Shown here: positions 19,372 to 28,229 of the stretch, in pieces | How the letters are laid out: each line of letters opens with the position of its first letter | How positions within the stretch are numbered: the stretch's first letter is position 1 | Virus record (IMG/VR): IMGVR_UViG_3300042569_002054 | Strand: one strand, 5' to 3' | DNA: 64,000 nucleotides | Source: a virus | Made by a program: the position numbers and the translations under genes | Notes under the pieces: generated by a model | The model's input: only the letters and a program-made list of their open reading frames with translations | Told to the model about the DNA's origin: nothing | Database searches by the model: none

Positions 19372-19410
19372 AAAGGTTGGACACTAACATACACAAAGTG
19401 TCCAACCTTT
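19372..19410 (+). terminator. 14-bp perfect inverted repeat (terminator or RNA processing stem)
   Basis: AAAGGTTGGACACT (19372-19385) / AGTGTCCAACCTTT (19397-19410), 11-nt loop; T run is offset by a few nt. Confidence 0.6.
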
Positions 19411-19450
19411 GCTATTTTTAAACAACAAACAAATTAAATCATAGACATTT

Positions 19451-20443
19451 ATGGCAATAAAGAAAAAAGAATTTTCATTAGATGCAATCAAAGACAAATA
19501 TTCAACCAAGACAAAATATAAAGAAACAGACTTTTATGAGGTCGGTGAAGCTTTCCATAATAGTTGCGGTTTACCTGGTCCTGCTTTGGGTAACATCAAC
19601 ATGTTCTTGGGTCACTCGAACTCTTCAAAAACGACCGCGCTTGTCAAAGCCGCTGTGTCTGTACAGAAGAAGGGGCATTTGCCTGTTTTTATTATCACCG
19701 AGAAAAAATGGAGCTGGGACCATGCAGTAGAACTTGGTCTTGAAGCTAAAATGGTAGACGGAGAATGGGATGGTCAATTTATCTTTAATGATAACTTTGA
19801 CTATATTGAACAAGTTACAGATTACATTAACGAACTATTAGACGAACAAGAAAAAGGTAATATTCCTTATTCTCTTTGTTTCCTTTGGGATTCAGTTGGT
19901 TCAGTTCCTTGTAAGATGACATTTGACGGTAAGGGTGGAAAACAACATAACGCATCTGTATTAGCTGATAAGATTGGTATGGGTATTCAGGCTCGTATTA
20001 CCAAATCTCGTAAGGAAGATTATCCATACACAAACACAATGGTGGTAGTTAATCAACCTTGGGTTGAATTACCTGACAATCCATTTGGACAACCAACAAT
20101 TAAAGCAAAAGGTGGTGAAGCTCTTTGGTTGGCATCGGCTCTTGTATTCTTGTTTGGTAATCAGAAAAATGCTGGTATTAACCACATTACTGCCACTAAA
20201 AATGGTAGAACGGTATCTTACGCTATCAGAACAAAAATATCTGTCCTAAAGAACCATATCAATGGATTAGGGTATAAAGATGGTAAGATTATCGCAACTG
20301 CTCAAGGATATATTGCTGACGATAAAGATGCTCTTGAAACATATAAGAAAGAGTATTCACAATATTGGAACGCAATCCTTACAGGAACAGGTGAAATAAC
20401 TCTTGACGAGACTGAAGAAACTTTTACAAACGAACAATTTTAA
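19451..20443 (+). CDS. uvsX: RecA/UvsX-like recombinase
   Basis: P-loop GHSNSSKTT, Walker B FLWDSVG, VVVNQPW, KAKGGEAL; next to SSB. Confidence 0.85.
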   Translation: MAIKKKEFSLDAIKDKYSTKTKYKETDFYEVGEAFHNSCGLPGPALGNINMFLGHSNSSKTTALVKAAVSVQKKGHLPVFIITEKKWSWDHAVELGLEAKMVDGEWDGQFIFNDNFDYIEQVTDYINELLDEQEKGNIPYSLCFLWDSVGSVPCKMTFDGKGGKQHNASVLADKIGMGIQARITKSRKEDYPYTNTMVVVNQPWVELPDNPFGQPTIKAKGGEALWLASALVFLFGNQKNAGINHITATKNGRTVSYAIRTKISVLKNHINGLGYKDGKIIATAQGYIADDKDALETYKKEYSQYWNAILTGTGEITLDETEETFTNEQF

Positions 20444-20452
20444 TTTTAGTTC

Positions 20453-21457
20453 GTGAAAAAAACACTACTTGTTGACGGAAACAATCTAATGAAAATTGGG
20501 TTTCATGGTGTGAAGGATTACTTCCACAATGGAGAACACATTGGAGCGTTGTATCATTTTATGAATACACTTCGTAAATTCATTAACGAACAAAACTTTG
20601 ATAAAGTAGTAGTATTATGGGATGGTGAAGATTCCACGAGTTTACGTGGAATTCTTTATCCCAAATACAAACAAAACCGACGATTGGTTATGGAGGATGC
20701 TATCTTTATGTCCTATCTAAAACAAAAAAATCGTATCAAACAATATTTGGAAGAAGTCTATATAAGACAATTAGAGATTAGTGGAAGAGAAGCTGATGAT
20801 TTAATTGCTTATTATTGTCAAGTATCTGAAAATGAAGATAAATTAATTTTTTCATCAGACAGAGACTTAACACAACTTATTTCCGAAAACGTGTCCATAT
20901 ACTCACCATCAGTTAAAGCTACGTTTAAACAGGGGGATAAGATTAAATTTGACGACTTTGAGTACCCACACTATAACGTAAAGACATTGAAGATATTAAT
21001 TGGTGATAAATCAGATAATATTGAAGGCATCTATCTTTTGGGTGAAAAAACTTTAGTTAAATTTTTTCCTCAAATACTTGAAACAGAAGTTTCTTATAAC
21101 GATATTTTAACAAGAGCTGAAAATTTATTAAAAGAGAATAAAGACAATCAAGCTCTAAAGAATCTTTTAACAGGTAAAACAAAATCAGGTATTTTTGAAA
21201 AAGAATTTTTCCAAGTTAATGAACAGATTGTTGACTTATCTAATCCTTTATTGAGTGATGAAGACAAAGAAGAAATACTATCAATTGTTACCGAAAAATT
21301 AGATATTGAAGGTAGAAGTTACAAGAACTTAATTAAGTATATGGTTCAAGACGGGTTATTTAAATACCTACCAAAGGGTGACGACTCATGGACATACTTC
21401 ATCCAACCGTTCATGAAGTTAACAAGAAAAGAAAAAACAAAAACAAACAAAAAATAA
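20453..21457 (+). CDS. 5'-3' exonuclease / flap endonuclease (T4 RNase H-like)
   Basis: GTG start; LLVDGNN, WDG, YKQNR, EADDLIA, SSDRDLTQL, GDKSDNIEGI..LGEKT. Confidence 0.92.
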   Translation: MKKTLLVDGNNLMKIGFHGVKDYFHNGEHIGALYHFMNTLRKFINEQNFDKVVVLWDGEDSTSLRGILYPKYKQNRRLVMEDAIFMSYLKQKNRIKQYLEEVYIRQLEISGREADDLIAYYCQVSENEDKLIFSSDRDLTQLISENVSIYSPSVKATFKQGDKIKFDDFEYPHYNVKTLKILIGDKSDNIEGIYLLGEKTLVKFFPQILETEVSYNDILTRAENLLKENKDNQALKNLLTGKTKSGIFEKEFFQVNEQIVDLSNPLLSDEDKEEILSIVTEKLDIEGRSYKNLIKYMVQDGLFKYLPKGDDSWTYFIQPFMKLTRKEKTKTNKK

Positions 21458-21465
21458 CATAAATT

Positions 21466-21918
21466 ATGAAAGAACAAGACATTACCAAACTGGAATTCTT
21501 GATGACGGTAAACAACAATTTTATCGTACAACGTTTTTTTAACGTTAAGGGGTATAGCCCAAAGGCTCACAACTCGGCTGAGTTGATTGATTTGATGGAT
21601 GGTTTCATTTCAGAATTGAAAGAAAATTTCAAGATGAAAACTGTAAACTATATGTTGGACAATCAATATCAGATTAGTGAAGACCCTGAGGTATTGAACA
21701 CATCATTTACTGATGGACCTGAGTCGTTTAACATCTATATCAAAAATGGTGATACGACAATGTGTCATTATACGTTTGATGCTAAACTTTATCCACCTAA
21801 GGTGAGATACACCGTAGACATACGCCCGTTCCTAAAAGGTATCCTTTTTGGTCTTACTGACGTGTTGTCATCTAGAAATTTAACACACGAATACATGGGT
21901 TATCAGCTGGCTCGTTGA
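21466..21918 (+). CDS. Hypothetical protein (150 aa) in replication block
   Basis: ORF tightly packed between exonuclease and helicase. Confidence 0.75.
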   Translation: MKEQDITKLEFLMTVNNNFIVQRFFNVKGYSPKAHNSAELIDLMDGFISELKENFKMKTVNYMLDNQYQISEDPEVLNTSFTDGPESFNIYIKNGDTTMCHYTFDAKLYPPKVRYTVDIRPFLKGILFGLTDVLSSRNLTHEYMGYQLAR

Positions 21919-21943
21919 TATTTATTCTAAAAACAAACATAAT

Positions 21944-23314
21944 ATGGCTGACAAAAATTTTGACTATTTGGGAGAGACCTTCCAATTACAACTTCTTAAT
22001 CAAATGATACTTGATAAGGATTTTTCACACTCAATTATTGAGGTGATGGAATCTACTTATTTTGAAAACAAATACTTTAGATTATTTGTTCAGATGGTAA
22101 AAGAATACTATTCAAAGTTTGAACACAGTCCTAGTTTTGAGACAATTCAACAAAAAGCTAAGAGTGAAATTAGTCAGGAGTTATTATTAAAGATAACTCT
22201 TGACACTATTTCTGATATACAGAATGTTACCGAAGAGGGTACTCAGTTTGTTCAGGAAAAGGCATTGAAGTTTTGTAAACAACAAGAACTTCAAAAAGTT
22301 ATGGATAAAGCTAAGAAAATCATTGACCATGGTGAGTTTGAAAACTACGACACCTTGGAAGAAATGGTTAGAGGAGCTTTACAGGTTGGAAACGTGGATA
22401 GAGGAACGGGAGATGTGTTTCAAGACTTAGATGAGGTATTGGCGGATGATTATAGACATCCAATCCCTATGGGAATACCGGGTATTGACAATCTTTTGAA
22501 AGGTGGTTTGGCAAAAGGAGAAATTGGTGTTATATTAGCACCCACTGGTGTTGGTAAATCAACACTGACAACAAAGATTGCTAATCACGCTTTTAATTTA
22601 GGGTTTAATGTTTTACAAATTTTCTTTGAGGATAACTATAAGATTATTCAGAGAAAACACTTTACGTGTTGGACGGGTATAGCACCTGACGAACTTGGTA
22701 ATCATAAAGAAAAGGTTATGGCTAAAATCTCAGAGATTAAAGAAACCATGCCAAACAAGTTGATTATGAAGAAGTTACCTTCGGACACATTAACTATGAA
22801 TCAGATTAAGAATCAGATTAGAAAGTTGATTGCCGATGGGACAAGGATTGATGTGGTTATTTTGGATTATATTGATTGTGTAACACCTGAAAAGATGATG
22901 GACGATGAATGGAAATCTGAGGGTTCAGTTATGAGAGCATTTGAATCAATGTGTCATGAATTGGATATTGCAGGTTGGACGGCAACACAGGGTAATAGAA
23001 GTTCTATTTCATCTGATGTGGTAACAACTGACCAAATGGGTGGTTCTATTAAGAAAGCTCAGGTAGGACACGTTATCATCACGGTGGCTAAGTCATTACA
23101 ACAAAAAGAATTAAATCTTGCAACTATTGCTATCACAAAGTCAAGAATTGGTAAAGACGGGGTAGTATTTGAAAACTGTAAGTTCAATAACGAAATGTTA
23201 GAAATTGATACAGAAAGTACTACAACATTCTTAGGACTTGAAGAACAGAAGGAAGAAAGAAATAGAAGTAGAATTAAAGAAATTATGGAGAAAAGAAAAC
23301 AAACAACAGTATAA
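21944..23314 (+). CDS. dnaB: Replicative DNA helicase (DnaB/gp41-like)
   Basis: GEIGVILAPTGVGKST, FFED, ILDYIDC, WTATQGNR, ITKSRIG. Confidence 0.92.
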   Translation: MADKNFDYLGETFQLQLLNQMILDKDFSHSIIEVMESTYFENKYFRLFVQMVKEYYSKFEHSPSFETIQQKAKSEISQELLLKITLDTISDIQNVTEEGTQFVQEKALKFCKQQELQKVMDKAKKIIDHGEFENYDTLEEMVRGALQVGNVDRGTGDVFQDLDEVLADDYRHPIPMGIPGIDNLLKGGLAKGEIGVILAPTGVGKSTLTTKIANHAFNLGFNVLQIFFEDNYKIIQRKHFTCWTGIAPDELGNHKEKVMAKISEIKETMPNKLIMKKLPSDTLTMNQIKNQIRKLIADGTRIDVVILDYIDCVTPEKMMDDEWKSEGSVMRAFESMCHELDIAGWTATQGNRSSISSDVVTTDQMGGSIKKAQVGHVIITVAKSLQQKELNLATIAITKSRIGKDGVVFENCKFNNEMLEIDTESTTTFLGLEEQKEERNRSRIKEIMEKRKQTTV

Positions 23315-23327
23315 TTATTAAAACAAT

Positions 23328-24287
23328 ATGGAACAAAAAATGGAAAAATTATTAGAAGAAAATCCAAATCGTTTTGTGATATTCCCAATCAAGTACAACG
23401 ATATTTGGGAATATTATAAGATGCATCAAGCCGCGTTTTGGACGGCAGAAGAAATTGATTTAAGCGGTGACCTACGTGATTGGGAAAACTTATCAGAGAA
23501 CGAACAGTATTTTGTGAAAAATATTTTATCGTTTTTTGCAGCATCAGATGGTATCGTAAATGAAAACTTGGCTGAGAATTTCTACAGAGAAGTACAATAT
23601 CCTGAGGCAAAATTCTTTTATGGAATTCAGTTGGCTATGGAAAACATCCATAGTCTAATGTACTCACTTCTTATTGATACTTACGTGTCAAATGAGGATG
23701 AGAAGAACAAATGTTTCACTGCATTAGATAACCTACCGGCAGTTCAAAAGAAGGCTAAATGGGCTTTGGATTGGATTGAAAACGCATCTTTTCAAGAAAG
23801 ATTGGTTGCGTTTGCTGCAGTTGAGGGTATCTTCTTTTCAGGTTCATTCTGTTCTATCTTTTGGTTGAAATCAAGAGGTATCATGCAAGGATTGTGTAAC
23901 GCTAATGCTTTGATTTTCAAAGATGAAAACTTACATTGTGACTTTGCAATTCATTTATTAAATAATCACATTGAAAACAAACCGAGTGAAAAGAGAATTA
24001 AAGAAATTCTACTTTCAGCTCTTGAAATTGAAAAAGAATTCATCACTGAATCACTACCTGTTTCTTTAATTGGTATGAACCAAAACTTAATGAAACAATA
24101 TCTTGAGTTTGTGGTTGATGGATTATTGGTAAAGTTTGGATGTAAAAAACAATTTAATGTAGAACAACCGTTCAAATTCATGGAACAAATTGCAGTTGAA
24201 ACAAAGGGTAATTTCTTTGAGTCACGTACCGTTGAATATCAAAAGGCCAAGTTAAATGAAACCCTATCCTTTACTGACGATTTTTAA
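23328..24287 (+). CDS. nrdB: Ribonucleotide reductase class Ia beta subunit
   Basis: [54 protein letters not shown]. Confidence 0.97.
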   Translation: MEQKMEKLLEENPNRFVIFPIKYNDIWEYYKMHQAAFWTAEEIDLSGDLRDWENLSENEQYFVKNILSFFAASDGIVNENLAENFYREVQYPEAKFFYGIQLAMENIHSLMYSLLIDTYVSNEDEKNKCFTALDNLPAVQKKAKWALDWIENASFQERLVAFAAVEGIFFSGSFCSIFWLKSRGIMQGLCNANALIFKDENLHCDFAIHLLNNHIENKPSEKRIKEILLSALEIEKEFITESLPVSLIGMNQNLMKQYLEFVVDGLLVKFGCKKQFNVEQPFKFMEQIAVETKGNFFESRTVEYQKAKLNETLSFTDDF

Positions 24288-24306
24288 TTTATTATCTTTT
24301 TAAACT

Positions 24307-26739
24307 ATGATGTCACTTAAAATTAAAAAAAGAAGTGGAGATGATTCGTCATTTAATCCACAGAAAATTTATAACCGTATTAAAAGAGCTTCAAAGGGGT
24401 TGAGTGTCAACTCCGATGAAATCTTTATTAAGGTTATCACTTCAGTACCAACTGAAGGTATTATTACTACAAAAGAATTAGATAAGTTAATCTATGAAAT
24501 TGCTGCGGCGTTTACAGGTAGTCATCACGATTACTCAAGATTAGCGTCTTCAGTTGCTATTTCATCTTATCATAAAGAAACTAATCCAAGTTTTTGTCAA
24601 ACAATTAGAGAGTTATATTCTGATGGAATTATCAATGATGGTTTGATAGAAATAATTGAAAGATACGGAGAGGAAAATATTGATAATGTTATTAATCACG
24701 ACAATGATTACAATTTTGACTATTTTGCTTGGAGGTCACTTGCTGAGATGTATCTTCTGAAATTGTCGGAAGGTAAAGTAGTTGAACGTCCACAACACAT
24801 GTATATGAGAGTTGCTCTTTGGGTAACTAATACATTTAAGGAAGCGGTTGAGTATTACCAAGCGTTATCAACTCAAAGAATATCTCCGGCAACACCAATT
24901 ATGATTAATGCTGGTACTAAAACACCACAACTTGCTTCTTGTGTTCTTCATTACAATGATTCGGATTCTCGTGAAGGTTTGTTAAACACCATGAGAGATA
25001 TTTCAACTTACTCATCTGATGCTGCGGGTATCGGACTATCAATGTCTAACATTCGTAGTAAGGAGAGTCGTATTTCATCTTCAGGTGGACACGCTGGTGG
25101 ACTTTTAAAGTATTTGAAGATTGTAAATGAGTCACTTCGTTTCTTTAACCAACAAGGGCGTAGACCTGGTTCTGCGGCAATTTACTTGGAACCTTGGCAT
25201 AAAGATATCTTTGACCTATTGGAAATTAAAAAGAATACAGGCGCCGAGGAATTAAGAGCTCGTGATTTGTTTACCGCACTTTGGATTCCTGACAACTTTA
25301 TGAACGCAGTTAAGAACAACGACGATTGGTATTTGTTCTGTCCTAATGATATAATTAAGGCGGGTATAAAACCATTACAAGAAAGTTACGGTGATGAATA
25401 CGAAGAAAATTATAAATTAGCCGTAAGTATGGGTCTTGGTAAGAAAGTTAAGGCTCAGGAGATTTGGAATAAGATTATTGAATCACAAGTTGAAACAGGT
25501 GTTCCATATTTATGTTCTAAAGATAGTGCTAACAGAAAGACAAACCATCAGAACATTGGTGTTATTAAACAATCAAACCTTTGTAATGAAATCTATCAAT
25601 ACACTGACGAGAATATAACCGCAATCTGTACTCTTTCATCTATGGTGTTAAAGAACTATGTAAAAGATGGTGAGTTTGATTTTCAGGGATTGTATGAAGA
25701 AACTCGTAAGGTTGTAAGAGCGTTAAACAAAGTTGTTAACATCAACAATTACTCAACTGAAAAAGGACGTAAGGGTGGATTATACCAAAGAGCAATCGCT
25801 ATTGGAACTCAAGGACTTGCAGACGTATTCTATTTGATGGATTACATTTTTACATCTGAGGAAGCTCGTAAATTAAATAAAGAAATTTTTGAAACAATCT
25901 ATTTTGCGGCAATCACTGAAAGTAACAGATTGTGTATGGATGGTAAGTATGAACCGTATGCTTACTTTAAAGGGTCACCAATGTCACAAGGAGTATTCCA
26001 ATTTGATATGTGGGGATTGAATGAAGATGAGTTATCAGGAAGATGGCCTTGGTCAACTCTAAAAGAGAATGTTAGTAAGTACGGAGTTTGTAACTCATTA
26101 TTCACAGCTCAAATGCCTGTGGCATCTTCAGCTAAGATTACAGGTTCATATGAAATGACAGAACCTGCTCATTCGGCAATTTTCAACAGACGTGTAATTG
26201 GTGGTGAGATTATGATTGTTAACAAGTATTTGATTAGTGATTTTGAGAAGATTGGAATTTGGTCTGAGGACTTAAAGAATGAAATCATTATGAATGAAGG
26301 TTCAATTCAAGGAATTAACTTCTTGAATTATTTGGACCCTGAAGATAAAAGATATAACTTTAAAGTTAAGAGAATTGAAAGACTGATTGAAAAGTATAAA
26401 ACAATTTGGGAAATATCACAAAAGGCATTGATTGAAATGGCGGCAGATAGAGCACCATTTATTGACCAATCACAATCAATGAATATCTACATGTCAAACC
26501 CAACATTATCAAAAATTTCATCATCACATTTCTACGGATGGGAAAAAGGATTAAAAACACTTTGTTATTACGTTAGAACAAGAGCAATCTCAACGGGAGC
26601 TAAACACTTAGCTATGGACGTATCAAAAATTAACAAACCAAAACCAACACCTGAACCACCAAAGGTTGATTACAGTTATATGAATTTACCTCCAAAACCT
26701 GAGAATAGTGAATTTGATTGTTTTGGTTGTTCATCATAA
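24307..26739 (+). CDS. nrdA: Ribonucleotide reductase class Ia alpha subunit with N-terminal ATP cone
   Basis: KIKKRSG ATP-cone start, SPATP, QLASC, SNLCNEI, ICTLSS, MPVASS, YYVR, C-terminal CFGCSS. Confidence 0.97.
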   Translation: MMSLKIKKRSGDDSSFNPQKIYNRIKRASKGLSVNSDEIFIKVITSVPTEGIITTKELDKLIYEIAAAFTGSHHDYSRLASSVAISSYHKETNPSFCQTIRELYSDGIINDGLIEIIERYGEENIDNVINHDNDYNFDYFAWRSLAEMYLLKLSEGKVVERPQHMYMRVALWVTNTFKEAVEYYQALSTQRISPATPIMINAGTKTPQLASCVLHYNDSDSREGLLNTMRDISTYSSDAAGIGLSMSNIRSKESRISSSGGHAGGLLKYLKIVNESLRFFNQQGRRPGSAAIYLEPWHKDIFDLLEIKKNTGAEELRARDLFTALWIPDNFMNAVKNNDDWYLFCPNDIIKAGIKPLQESYGDEYEENYKLAVSMGLGKKVKAQEIWNKIIESQVETGVPYLCSKDSANRKTNHQNIGVIKQSNLCNEIYQYTDENITAICTLSSMVLKNYVKDGEFDFQGLYEETRKVVRALNKVVNINNYSTEKGRKGGLYQRAIAIGTQGLADVFYLMDYIFTSEEARKLNKEIFETIYFAAITESNRLCMDGKYEPYAYFKGSPMSQGVFQFDMWGLNEDELSGRWPWSTLKENVSKYGVCNSLFTAQMPVASSAKITGSYEMTEPAHSAIFNRRVIGGEIMIVNKYLISDFEKIGIWSEDLKNEIIMNEGSIQGINFLNYLDPEDKRYNFKVKRIERLIEKYKTIWEISQKALIEMAADRAPFIDQSQSMNIYMSNPTLSKISSSHFYGWEKGLKTLCYYVRTRAISTGAKHLAMDVSKINKPKPTPEPPKVDYSYMNLPPKPENSEFDCFGCSS

Positions 26740-26759
26740 TTAACAATATCCGATGTGTT

Positions 26760-26784
26760 ATCCCGAGCTAGGTCGGGATTTTTT
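26760..26784 (+). terminator. Intrinsic terminator after nrdA
   Basis: ATCCCGA-GCTAGG-TCGGGAT followed by TTTTT. Confidence 0.75.
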
Positions 26785-26806
26785 ATTTAAAGAGGTATTT
26801 ATTATT

Positions 26807-27574
26807 ATGTCTAATATCATACAAGAAGAAATTGAAAAAATAAGAAAAATGATGCTCTCAGAGAACATGGTTCAGGAGGGTGGTGAAAAAAAGTTAAAAC
26901 AAACTTTAGACATTCTAAAAAAGAAAAAGAAAGTTTTATTATTAAGTTGTTCAAATAGATATAATTGGGATGATAAAAATATTGATGTCCCTAAATCAAA
27001 AATCTTAGCAATGTATTTAAATGAAGAACTTGGGGATAAATCAGTTTTCATGGATGTTTCTGAATTAAAAATATTTCCTTGTGAAGGAAATGTGTCTAGA
27101 GAAGAAGGTAATAGTTGTGGACTTTTAAAATCTTTACTTAAAGATGATAAAAAAAATCCTTCAGGATACCATAGATGTTGGGCTAGTTTAAATAATAAGT
27201 CAGATGAACTATGGAAAGTATCTAAAGAACTTTTTGAAGCGGATGCTGTAATATTTTTTAGTTCAGTGAGATGGGGACAAGCAAATATGTTCTATCAAAA
27301 TTTAATTGAGAGATTAACTTGGATTGAAAATAGACATGCTACTTTAGGTGAAAAAAATATAGTTGAAGGCATTGAGACAGGATTTATCTGTGTTGGACAA
27401 AACTGGAATGGTGAAGATGTAACTAAAACCCAAATGAAAGTTCATGAGTTTTACGGATTTGAACCAAATAAGAAACTATATTGGAATTGGCAATACACAA
27501 CAGATGTTTATGACGAAAGTAAATCTTCTTACAAAAAATCCCACAAAAAGTTTATTGACGATATGGGATTATGA
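26807..27574 (+). CDS. Flavodoxin-fold protein (NAD(P)H:FMN reductase / iron-sulfur flavoprotein-like)
   Basis: VLLLSCSNR, IFPCEG, ADAVIFFSSVRWG, LIERL, GFICVG; start reassigned to ATG 26807 because the 26753 start would run through the terminator. Confidence 0.7.
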   Translation: MSNIIQEEIEKIRKMMLSENMVQEGGEKKLKQTLDILKKKKKVLLLSCSNRYNWDDKNIDVPKSKILAMYLNEELGDKSVFMDVSELKIFPCEGNVSREEGNSCGLLKSLLKDDKKNPSGYHRCWASLNNKSDELWKVSKELFEADAVIFFSSVRWGQANMFYQNLIERLTWIENRHATLGEKNIVEGIETGFICVGQNWNGEDVTKTQMKVHEFYGFEPNKKLYWNWQYTTDVYDESKSSYKKSHKKFIDDMGL

Positions 27575-27746
27575 AATTGGTTATTATAGGTACTCACCCA
27601 AAGGAAAACCAATAATTGATTGTATAAGTTACTACCCTATTAATGATTTTATAAACGAATATCTACTTAAACAAGAATTTGTAGAATTTGAATATGAAAA
27701 TGAAACTCCAAAAACTATTGAGGGTAAAATTATTGTTTTGATATAA
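27571..27746 (+). CDS. Small hypothetical protein split by a -1 frame change (58 aa if frameshifted)
   Basis: ATGA overlap with upstream stop; MKLVIIGTHPK then C CCA AAG; -1 frame continues GKPIIDCISYY...IVLI*. Confidence 0.45.
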
Positions 27747-27772
27747 ATTTAATTTTTCAGTATTTATTTAAT

Positions 27773-28225
27773 ATGGCAAATGGTGTAACATACGGTATTA
27801 CTTTTCCTTTTAAAGATTCGCTAAATGGTAAATTTTTGGATTTATCAGATACAAGTGAAGAAGAAATTAGAAGTAGTTTAATACATTTATTACTTACAAG
27901 AAAAGGTAGTAGATATTTTATGCCAAACTTTGGGACAAGATTATATGAGTTTATTTTTGAACCACTTGATAGTCCTACTTTTGACCAAATAGAGACAGAA
28001 ATAAAAGAAGCGGTTGAAACTTACATACCAGGATTAACAATTACTTCAGTTAAAATTGAACCAGCGGTTGAGACTCAAGATACTTTACAAATAAATAATG
28101 AGTCGGCAACTGAATTTAATTTTACTAATACTCCTGAAATTGAATACACCGCAAAAGTAAGAATAAATTATAATATTACAAATAATGTATTTAATACCGC
28201 AGGATTTGTAATTATTAATATATAA
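27773..28225 (+). CDS. gp25: Baseplate wedge subunit (gp25-like)
   Basis: YGITFPF, IRSSLIHLLLTRKGSRYFMPNFGTRLYEFIFEP. Confidence 0.92.
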   Translation: MANGVTYGITFPFKDSLNGKFLDLSDTSEEEIRSSLIHLLLTRKGSRYFMPNFGTRLYEFIFEPLDSPTFDQIETEIKEAVETYIPGLTITSVKIEPAVETQDTLQINNESATEFNFTNTPEIEYTAKVRINYNITNNVFNTAGFVIINI

Positions 28226-28229
28226 AACT

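Noticed and set aside
24307-26739. Intron, intein or homing endonuclease in nrdA, nrdB, helicase or recombinase
   Set aside because: All are uninterrupted, of normal length and without intein or endonuclease motifs.
26753-26806. ORF-track starts at 26753, 27444, 48469 and 56678
   Set aside because: They overlap a terminator or upstream genes; ATGs at 26807, 27571, 48499 and 56705 fit coupling, motif position or paralogy better.
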